Origin: Mytilus californianus
Taxonomy: Eukaryota
Direction: 5' to 3'
Assembly (NCBI RefSeq): GCF_021869535.1
Contig: NW_026262701.1
Coordinates: 2,542,001 to 2,606,000 of the forward strand
Length of the DNA: 64,000 nt
In this document: positions 13,501-25,500 of the stretch, piece after piece
Layout: every line of letters starts with the position of its first letter
How positions within the stretch are numbered: position 1 is the stretch's first letter
The notes under the pieces: model-generated
The model's input: only the letters and a program-made list of their open reading frames with translations
Databases searched by the model: none
What the model was told of the DNA's origin: nothing
Position numbers and translations under genes: made by a program

Positions 13501-16500
13501 CATTTGTACCTTCATGACCTTGGGAACAACAAAGCATTCATCTTTTTTTGGAGGAGAGAGTATATATGTGTAGGACTCTGAAATGCGATGGTCACTCTAA
13601 AGTGCGATGGTGTCAAAGGCTACAGTGCGATTATATGACACGCTTAAGTGCGATGCCGATGGTATGACACAAGAGTGCGATAGTATAACACGCTAAAGTG
13701 CGATGGTTGGTATGACACAAGAGTACGATAGTATAACACGCTACAGTGCGATGATGTAACGAAAATGGGGTTCAGACAATGGTTTTCGTTTAAATTCGTT
13801 GCAGTGTTCCTATTTATAGTGTATTTTTTTTGTTTATTATTATGTTTATTAATCAAGCCGATGTCTTTCTCTTTTGATTGTTTTTACACTGGTCATTGCC
13901 CTATATAGCTGGCTATGCGGCGTGGACCAAGGCTCCAAGTTAAAGGCCGTACAGTTATTAGTTGCATATATCAAAGACATTTGGTCTTGGGTGGATATTT
14001 GTGTCATTTTTTATTTAAAGTACGATAGTTGTCAAAAAAGTGTAATGGTTACATTGCAGTAGCTAGTATATACTGTCTCAAGCCAGGAACCTGTAATTCA
14101 GTGGTAGTCGTATGTTGCTGTATTTCATATTTATTTTCCGTTTATTGTTTTGAATATAGATCAGGTTTCACACTGGTTGTTTTGTGGCCCTTTGGTCCAT
14201 ATAGAATACTATGTCACAGTATGTGGTGTTAGCCAATGCTCCGCTTTAAAGGCCATGCGATAACCTATAGTAGCTTGCATTAATAACATTTGGTCTAGGA
14301 TGGAGAGTTGTCTCATTAGCAATTATACTATGATACTACACCTCTGGTAGTTCGGTTACTGTCTAGTTGACGTTTTATTGAATGATTCCGTCAGAATGTA
14401 AAAAAGTAGACTTTATTTCACGCAAGTTCATAACATGGGTATTCAAACATAGAAGGAGCTGCTAAATTAAATTTAAATTCAACATCCAAGTGAGCAATCT
14501 CCAGAATCTCTTTTTCCTCTTTAGTTAAATTACATTTTGCAACCTTAACATAAATAGTAGAAATACTAAAAAATTTTCAGTATAAATGATCAAATGGTCA
14601 TGCGTATGATCGTCCTGCATATGCATGTGATATTTGCCACTATACGTTCAACAAGCAAAAATTAGTTTACATTACTTTATTAATTTATTTGACCGAACTA
14701 CTGGAAAAAATGATTTTCAAAGTGTTTCATACACAGCGTCACTTTTACGGTAATCCTTTATCATTTTTGTTGATTTCCATTGTTATCGGGAAAACAAACT
14801 TAAGTGTATTGAGGCATCGGACTTTAGCGTCTTCCATTTAATAGCACAGACCATTGCACTTTAGCGTATCAAACCATCACACTTTAGCGTAGACCCTCGC
14901 ACTTTAGCGTGACCATCGCGTTTTAGCGTCCCCATCGCACTTTAGAGTCCTACAAATGAATAAAAGAAATGAATGGAACAGCAACCCAATGACAAAAATT
15001 AACAAAAGAAATCTATAAGGATATCATATACAGTAGTCATCAACACAAGTCTAGATATGATACAAACCACAGTAATTAATCACTAAAATTGAGTATGGAA
15101 ACAGGGAATACATGTATTAAAAAAAATAGTAAATTCCCAGGATAAATTTTCGGTAAATGTAGTTTTAATATCATGAAACTTAATACACATGTTCATTATG
15201 ATGAGAACTTTTTAACTTAAATACCAAATTATTTTTGACCCCAATGTCATGGATCAATTAACAAGGAAAATGATAGTGCAAGCAGGGCATGGTGTCAATG
15301 GACAAATATTCTTGTTATACCTCTGTGAGTCTGTGAGCATGGTTTAAGACAGATTACAATGTACATAAGTATTACTCTAGAACCAACCTAGTTTGAACAT
15401 GACAAATAAGCTAGTAATTTTGTTATATTATGTTATAGATGGACAGTGTTCATACAAAGGCAGATCTTATCAGACTGGTCAAAAGTGGCTAGATGGCTGT
15501 GATTATGAATGTGTTTGTCAGGATGGAAACACTGGAAAATATAAGTGTACAAACAGGTGTGTATGAACAGATAGAAAATGGCAGGATGGTTATTAGTGTA
15601 CAAACAGGTGTGTATGAACAAATAGAAAATGGCAGGATGGTTATTAGTGTAAAAACAGGTGTGTATGAACAAATAGAAAATGGCAGGATGGTTACTATTT
15701 TACAAACAGGTGTACATGAACAAATAGAAAATAGCAGGATGGTTACTATTGTACAAACAGGTGTGTATGAACAAATAGAAAATGGCAGGATGGTTACTAG
15801 TGTACAAACAGGTGTATATGAACAAATAGAAAATGGCAGGATGGTTACTAGTGTACAAACAGGTGTATATGAACAAATAGAAAATGCCAGGATGGTTACT
15901 AGTGTACAAACAGGTGTATATGAACAAATAGAAAATGGCAGGATGGTTACTATTGTACAAACAGGTGTGTATGAACAAATAGAAAATGGCAGGATGGTTA
16001 CTATTGTACAAACAGGTGTGTATGAACAAATAGAAAATGGCAGGATGGTTACTATTGTACAAACAGGTCTGTATGAACAAATAGAAAATGGCAGGATGGT
16101 TACTAGTGTACAAATAGGTGTGTATGAACAAACAGAAAATGGCAAGATGGTTACTGTTGTACAAATAGGTATGTATGATTTACAGATAGAAAATGACAGG
16201 ATGGTTACTATTGTACAAACAGGTGTGTATGAACAGATATAAAATGACAGGATGGTTACTAGTGTACAAACAGGTGTGTGTGAACAAATAGAAAATGGCA
16301 GGATGGTTACTAGTGAACAAATAGGTGTGTATGAACAAATAGGAAATGGCAGGATGGTTACTAGTGTACAAATAGGTGTATATGAACAAATAGAAAATAG
16401 CAGGATGGTTACTAGTGTACAAATAGGTGTGTATTGAACAAATGGAAAATGGCAGGATGGTTACTAGTGTACAAATAGGTCTGTATGAACAGATAAAATA

Positions 16501-19500
16501 TGACAGGATGGCTACTAGTGTACAAATAGGTGTGTATGAACAAACAGAAAATGGCAGGATGGTTACTAGTGTACAAATAGGTGTGTATGAACAAACAGAA
16601 AATGGCAGGATGGTTACTAGTGTACAAATAGGTGTGTATGAACAAATAGAAAATGACAGGATGGTTACTATTGTACAAATAGGTGTGTATGAACAGATAG
16701 AAAATGGCAGGATGGTTACTAGTGTACAAAAAGGTGTGTATGAACAGATAGAAAATGGCAGGATGGTTACTATTGTACAAACAGCTGTGTATGAACAAAT
16801 AGAAAATGGCAGGATGGTTACTAGTGTACAAATAGGTGTGTATGAACAGATAGAAAATGACAGGATGGTTATTAGTGTACAAACAGGTGTGTATGAACAA
16901 ATAAAATGGCAGGATGGTTACTACTGTACAAACAGGTGTGTATGAACAAATAGAAAATGGCAGGATGGTTACTATTGTAAAACTAGGTGTGTATGAACAA
17001 ACAGAAAATGGCAGGATGGTTACTATTGTACAAATAGGTGTGTTTGAACAAATAGAAAATGGCAGGATGGTTACTAGTGTACATGTACAAATAGGTGTGT
17101 ATAAACAAACAGAAAATGGCAGGATGGTTACTATTGTACAAATAGGTGTGTATGAACAGATAGAAAATGGCAGGATGGTTACTATTGTAAAACTAGGTGT
17201 GTATGAACAAACAGAAAATGGCAGGATGGTTACTATTGTACAAATAGGTGTGTTTGAACAAATAGAAAATGGCAGGATGGTTACTAGTGTTTGACATGCA
17301 TCTAGGACAGCAGATATGTTAACTGAAATTCAGCAAGATCTTACAATTACAAAAATGTTGTTTGTTGTAGAATTGATTCTTGTTCATTTACATGTACATT
17401 GTATGTTAGCCTTATTGAGACAAGTTCAAATGGTATTCTTATTATCAGCATTGTTGGAATAAAGGAGGATATTTATTATTTTTTTGGTTGAAATCTTAAA
17501 GGTTGATCACTGAACTAATATTTAAAACTTAACTGAGGAGAAATATTGTATAACACAAGATACAGTGGTTGAATTTGTTTCTCGAATGAATGATGACGAT
17601 ATGTTGGCTAATTTTAATGATTTGCAAAAAGATTGTGTTCTTTGTGATGTCATCAGTCATAGTTGGCTTTTGTGTGATGTCACAATTAAGAAATCCAGGA
17701 AGCGCAAGGACATTTTATGTTATAATTAAATTTTGACCAAAAAAGAGCTGAGATCCAGTGATTACATATATATAATAAAAAAACATTAACCATTCAGGGA
17801 AAGTATATATCTGCTTATTATAAGAATTAAAGAAAAATAAGTTATTATACATGGTATATGATGAAAGGCTACCAACATAAAATTCATTTTGAATAAAATA
17901 TATGGTATTGACCTGGCATTAGTTATTAACTACACTTACTGTCATTTGCTATGCAGAATTTATACTTTCCATGCTAAATGCAACTCAGAATTTTAAAGCC
18001 AATTTCTACATGTATGTTCAAAGATGTATTCGATTCACTTAGATACTATAAAGATCTGACCATATGCTTATTCATTAATGTCTTTCTTTGTATTTATTTA
18101 TAAAACAGTTTCTTTCTCTTTATTTAGGGAATATTTGGTTGAACTATTTACATTTCATTTGAAAAATTTATGTTTATTCTGTATTTCATATACAATGTAC
18201 ATGTATAGTTATTCTTTATATCATGAATTTCTGCAGTATTATATTGATTTTAAGAGATATGTGTTGCACAATACATGTATATATACTAATAGTCAACAAT
18301 AACTGGAAGATCTCACAGATTTTTTAAACCTTCAAATGAGGTTTTCGTTCTTTTAAATATAATTGAATAGAATGGAAAAACTGAAGTGTTGTTAGTAGAT
18401 ACTTTTCCTTTTTGATGATGCAAAATAATTATGAGGTCATCAAATTTCTTTTTGTGCCTACATTCTTCAAAGTGGAGTCATAGATGAAAAAATAGCCCCA
18501 AACATTGAAATAATTTAAACATTCTAGTGCTGTCTTTTTGGTCTTTTTGTTTGAACTGCAGAAATTGAATAGCTAGAACTTCAAAAAGGAGTTAATGAAG
18601 TTGGTGACCCTATGATCATGATGATCATGATGATTACGGTGTATTTGATAATTTTAGAAGATTTCAAAGTATATATAAAAGATAAATGCTTTTTTTTTCT
18701 AGTTCATAACTTTATAATTTATCATGCTGAGGTTGTATGTAGTCCTAATAAAATCTGACAGCTCCCACTTAATGTGACTTTTACTTAAGCTTACAATAAT
18801 AAACTAATATTAACAATTGCTTCAGGTGTCCGTTATACTATAACTTACCAAAGGACTGCACACTGGTGAAAAAGAATGGTGAATGTTGTCAGCAACCTGT
18901 ATGTAATTTTCATCAAACTATAACTAAAACTGAGAGTACAGGAAAAGGGAGAACAACGAATGGAATAGGTATGTAACTTTCATCAAACTATAAATAAAAC
19001 TGAGAGTACGGGAAAAGGGAGAACAACTAATGGAATAGGTATGTAACTTTCATCAAACTATAAATAAACAGAGTACGGGAAAAGGGAGAACAACTAGTAG
19101 AAAAGGTATGTAACTTTCATCAAACTATAAATAAACTGAGAGTACAGGAAAAGAGGGAGAACAACTAATGGAATAGGTATGTAACTTTCATCATACTATA
19201 AATAAAACTGAGAGAACGGGAAAAGGGAGAACAACTAATGGAATAGGTATGTAACTTTCATCAAACTATAAATAGACTGAGAGTACGGGAAAAGGGAGAA
19301 CAACTAGTAGAAAAGGTATGTAACTTTCATCAAACTATAAATAAACTGAGAGTACAGGAAAAGGAAGAACAACGAATGGAATAGGTATGATATTAACATA
19401 TATGATTTGTGTTTCAGTTTGCTCATCATACAATGACCTTCATCTGTTATGACCAGAAAAAGGAAAAAGTTGGGGGAGCTTGTATTGAATTGGTTGAAAA

Positions 19501-22500
19501 TTGTATGTTCCTTGGATGTTCAAGATTTGTTGATCTAAAAAAGGAAATAATAAAGTATTCATGGTTCTGTTTATGTTGATTCTGTATATTTCTTAAATTG
19601 AAATATTCAGATCATGTGCATAGACAGTGAACTCAATTCACACACAGGGACTGAAATTAACTAACATTATAAAGGCAGCATTTAGTCATGTTGTTTAAAA
19701 TATTAAAGCAAAAGGAAGCAACATTCTGACATTTTTTGGAAACTGGAAATATGACTTTATTTTACTTTTTACTGTGCACTTTTAATTAATTGTAAATTGC
19801 TTTTTAAATCAAAAAGAGGGATGCCATATTTTACAAAACATATAATTTATGAGTAACAGCTTTAACAATACAAATATGATTTTGTGTTTGTAGATGTATG
19901 TGTTTACAAAGGGAAGCAGTATTTCCAGAGACAAACATGGAGAGATGGATGTGATCAGATATGTATGTGTACTAATTCATCCAAGGGTTTATATCAGTGT
20001 GAATCAATGTAAGTTGTTAGCATTATCAGTCAGGGGACTTATTGAAATAAGTGATTTTTAAATCACTTATTTAAGTAGCAAATTCTAAGTTTTGTCACAA
20101 ATTGTGATTTTGTAGTTTTACCAAAATTTTAAACACATAGGTTTAGATAATATCTTTTCATTAGTAAAATTGAAAAAAAATGAACTTTTTGCTTCTTTTA
20201 AGCAGCAAGGTTTATGCCTTTGATTCAATCATTTAGCTGCAAATTCTATTTTAGTTGAAAAAATGCTATAAAAATGGCTTTACATAATGAACTGATACTT
20301 TCTTAACAGATTTTTCCCAGCAGTGGGAGTATTTTTCCTGTAAAATTCAAGGTTTCATCTTATAGATTATGTAATAAAATTCTACTGTTCGCGATCAAAA
20401 TTTCACTGTTTGGGGGTGTTGAAATTAGTGGAGGTTATTAAAATAATGATACTTAAAGAAGTGATTTTTTGGAAGGAAATTCAGGTATAATACTTAAACA
20501 AGTGATTTTTATGTCATTATCCTAGATTTAGTACAAGGTCATCACCTGACATGACCCGGTCATCCTATTAACACAGATGTTGGTTCTGATAATTTTAGCA
20601 ACATAATTAGTCCCTGGATCATTAGTATTCTATATTTAAAGCTACAATAAAATTAAATCACTTAGTCTAGTGATTAATTTGTACTACTTAAATAAGTGAT
20701 TATTAAAGAAAGACAACTCTTACTTCCAACCTTTATGGACATAAATATAATGTTACTTGAATCAATGATTTAGAAAATCACTCATTTAAGTAAGTCCCCT
20801 GACTGATTATACCAACTCATTCGTATACATTGTAAATTAGTATACCCCCTGCAAAGAAAAGTTGGGGGTGGTATATAGAAATCACTCTGTCTGTCAAGGC
20901 AAGTCATGTATATATGGTTACAAAATGCAACAGAAAACAACAAATGAATTGAGCAACAATGAACATTGTACAGAATTTGGGTGAACTGTTGTGTTAATGG
21001 AAGGAAAGACAGTTTTGACTGCATTTATTAATTTCTTTCAGATGTCCTAAATATAACAGTATTCCTGCTAACTGTCACATGAACACAGCACCAGGGGAGT
21101 GCTGTCAGAAACCTGCATGTGAATTTCATCAGCAGCATGGTAGTTTTACAGGACAAGGCTCAATCAGTGGCACTGGTGTTGGTTTGTATAATTTATTTTA
21201 TTGTTCAAAATTTTGTGTAGAGCCAGATATTTGACACTTTTTGTTGAATGTAATGTCTTTATATAGGTACATTTGACAGTTCTGGGATGTCATATGATTA
21301 GACTGAGTATTTTTGATCCTCATATAATTTACATTAACCTTAGAATTCATTTAGGGTTTCTTTGACAATTACCTTTTTTGTCACAATAAAAATATCAGTA
21401 AACAACAATAATTATATATGTTTTTTCATATTAAAAATAAAATTTCTGATACATGTGGATTGAAAATTTGCTGCATTACAGAAAAGTCAGACAGTAAATA
21501 TATTACATCATAAAAAGATATGCTCATGTATTGGTCCTTCACATAGAAATTGTGCTTTACTGAAAAGGTTGTGTTTAAAAGATTAATCACTTTTGAGATA
21601 CATGAAGGAGGCCTGAAAAGCAGAGGGAGTACAAACTAGTTTTTTTGTTGTAACTTACAGCATGATATAGTGCCTGCATAAATAAACATTTATTTTCTTG
21701 TTTATCTTTTTTTTTTTACTTTATGAAGTATGGGAGGGAAGTAAAACCAAATAAAAAATCAACTTTGTATCATTAAAAACATACAAGTATACATCAAATA
21801 TTATCAACCTCATGCAAAAGACTTAAAGGCTGTTCCTTTGAAATATACATGGGACAGAGGAAAGGCACTTGGAAATCTCAACTATGGGTGGGTGTTTAAA
21901 ACTTTTTTTTGTACAGTGAAAATGTAATTTAGAATCTAAAATGCCTCAATAGTTGTTACTCCCATTTTTAAAGTGCCTTCCCAGGGTACCATGTATGTTT
22001 TAGTAAAAAAATAATACTGAATATATGTACATATAAAATTGTGTATTTTTGTGACAGGTTTGAAGCCAACCACACAGAAGCCATGTGTAGATGCTGTCGG
22101 TACTTGTTCACAGTATGGTAAAGATGTTTGTACAACATACAGTGGCTGGGCTGGGGACAACTGTAGAAAGTTCTGTAATTTATGTGGTTAGTAGATAAAG
22201 CATTGTGATGGAATAAACATTAAATTTAATTCACTTAACTAGTGAAGGAATTTAATTCCTAATGAATTTTGTATGTAATGGAAAAACATGATTTATATAT
22301 TGAGGAGGTAATATCTACAGGTTACCTGACAGAATGCTTCTGTTTATCTAAAGTTTAATTTAACAGTAAAGATTTAAAGATTGCATTAGAATAGGATTAA
22401 TCATATTGTATTTTAATACTTGTCTAAAGTCAATTGTAGATATATAGTTGCCTTGAACACATTCAATGACTAAAAGCAACAATTGATGTAGACAAGTAAA

Positions 22501-25500
22501 AAAATACAATACAGTTATTCCTCAATTTTTCTGATTTTACAGATAAAGATGTTGTCATAAAATTTATAAACTAACAATTATTTTTGATGATAGGCTTTTT
22601 TTGTGAACAGAGCCAGAGAGTTTATTACAAAACTCTTGTAGAAAGTGCTTTGTGGACAATAGATTATCTGCCTTGATTTAACAAATGCAAAAAGCTATTA
22701 TGATATCCAAATATATTCCTTTTTTTTTCAGGTGGTCCACCAGTTGCAGGCAAAAATGGTATGTAAAGGTCAAAACAGGATGCAATTTAAACAGCTCTTG
22801 TTTTTATGCCCTTGCTAGGATAGTAGGAGGCGTTTCATGTCTGTGAATTTATTTGTCTGTCCTTTATCAGATAAAAGTTTTGTTTTCATTGTGAGGTGAT
22901 CTTTTGAATTGATATACTAAATTATGGTTTAACCTGGATTTCACATTTCACTAAACATGGAGATGTGATAGTTTGAGCTGCTCTTGATGTCCAGTGGACA
23001 TATTTATTGTCATTAATTTTGTTCACCTTGGATGAGTCAAAAAGCAAGACATAGGTATGCTGTTTCCTGCTGTGGCATTGTCAACAATGTATTAGTCTGT
23101 GATTAGGTCATTTTATGGGAAACCACTTATGGTAGGTCAATGATATTTTGTATGCAGATATATTAGCATTTGCACATTTCATTTCCATGGAGATTATTTG
23201 GCCCTTTTGTGGTCTTTTGACTTTGGATGATTTGCATAGTTTACATGTTAAAGTTTAAGATTAGATCAGTTTAAGATGAACCACTAATGTTAAGTCAATG
23301 ATATTTGGTTTGCAAGATTGTATGGCCCCCACCCCCTCATCATGGTTCATTGACTTTGAAACTTTTACATTACAAGTTAATATTTGTGTTTAGGTTTGTT
23401 TAAAGGGAAGGACTTATGATAAATCAACGGTATTTGGTATGCAGTTGTATTAGCATTGGCACATCTCATTTCCATGGAGATTGTTTGACCCTGTACATTC
23501 AGAATATTTTGCATAACTTGCATGTTAAAGTATTGTAATTTTAATTTCAACATTTGCATTATCAAAATAACAAAAAGGCAAGATATATCTCTGTGTTAAC
23601 AGTTCATGTTTTTATATATAGTTTCTGTATTTATTTGTAATTCTTTTTCTGTGAATTAAACTATTCACAAACTATCCCCCACACAAGAAAATATGCTTTG
23701 GAGTGAGTATAAAGGCATCTGTAGGACACCACATTAAAACTTATTGCCATGCTTGGGAATATCCACAATGTTTAATATTGCTGCTTTATATAACTAAGAT
23801 GTATATATTCATGCAAGTAGAAATTTTAGAAATAAAAGTACTTTCACTGTACAATGTGACAAACAAAGCCTCATTATAAGGTAAGAAGATGTGGTGTTAA
23901 CAAATTAACTTCTCACATTTTTCAGATACCTGCTTGTACCAAGGAAAGGATTATCGTCAGGGTCAAACATGGGATGTTGGATGTCATACTTATTGTACCT
24001 GTGAAAACGCTGTGTATGGATATTACAGGTGTACAGACATGTAAGTATTGTACGTGTGAGAATGTTGTGTATGGATATTACAGGTGTACAGACATGTAAG
24101 TATTGTACGTGTGAGAATGTTGTGTATGGATATTACAGGTGTACAGACATGTAAGTATTGTACCGTAATCGGGCTTGTATAGTTCGCACTGGTACATAGT
24201 CCGCACCCCCTTCTCACCACGAAATTTCAGGTAAAAAAACTTTTTGTAACTGTTAGAAAAGGTCTAATGAAACTCCGGTAATTTTAAATCGTTTGCGGTA
24301 TTTTCTTGGAAAACCCTATTTTTCATCACCAAACAGAAGCTGAAACTGCTTGTAAAAGTTTTCTAAAACACTTCACGCTGGTTAAAATAAGTCTAAATCA
24401 CACAAAAAACAATTTAGAAACTTGTGTATGTTTAAACCGGAAGTTTGAAAAGCACGTGTAAAAGATGAAAAAACCCGGTGAGAGTCGAAATCCGTATATA
24501 ATAGATATCACTATAATACGACTTTAAAAGTAAAACAGTTCCCTCCTTATGTAAAACAGTGTTTAATATATCTATCAAATTAATGTTTGAAGGGTCTTAA
24601 GCTAATACAAAACATATTTGTCAATAGGAGACACCAAAACGGAACGAATAATAACCGATTACGTTTTGTAGTTTACACATCGTAAGCTGGTTTACGGTTG
24701 TCTTTTTTTACTTTTTTTTACGATTTCATTCAAGCAGATACCAGTTTATATTTAGCAATGCATTGAAAAGAAACAAGAATTTTGTAATGAAGCATTTAAT
24801 TTTTAAATTTATCAGTATTAATTTGATATTGAATAAAAATAACTTATTAATATGGATTGGGTAAAATTATTGGTTTGAAAAATGATAAGAGCGCCCTCTA
24901 CAATGTCAATAACAAACATGGCGGAACGTAAACAAACCACATCGCGAAATTGAAATTTTCTCTCTTATTTCTTGCTTATTGTACTCTATAGTCCGCACCC
25001 CTGCTGTCAGGGTCAATTTTGAAGAATAAAACCGCGGACTATACAAGCCTTTTAACGGTACTTGTGAGAATGATGTGTATGGATATGACAGGTGTACGGA
25101 CATGTAAGTATTGTACTTGTGAGAATGCTGCAGGGGTTAAAAAAATTTGTCACAGCTCACTAGCCCAGGACTTATTGGTAGCAGGATTTTACTAGCCCTG
25201 TTGAAAGAGCTGCTAGCCCATCAAAACTGACCTGCTAGCCCGAGTATACCTTACAAATTTAGAGTGGGTGTCCCTTGTTTTGAATGCGGCATTATACACG
25301 GTATTTGATAAAATAAATCAAATAAATTTTTGTTTTATTAATTATATAACAAGGATCTCTAGACATCTTTTTGGATATCCCTTGTACTATGGGTTGTTAA
25401 ATATATTCGGGCACAGAAAACATGTTCATTGATCTTGTCATGTGAAACCAGTGGTTCAATTCGTATATTTGTTGTTCCCACATACAAGCAGACTTTTTAT

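Noticed and set aside
7341-15438. Possible hidden exon or nested gene in the 8.1-kb intron
   Set aside because: Mostly explained by transposons and repeats. No Cys-patterned exon or long ORF was seen, and the flanking exons already join in phase. A tiny exon cannot be excluded.
15433-17294. Long ORFs on both strands (e.g. 15493..16242, VQTGVYEQIENGRMVTS repeats)
   Set aside because: By-products of a 51-bp (3n) minisatellite. They are out of frame with the exon, broken by stops and frameshifts, and open on both strands.
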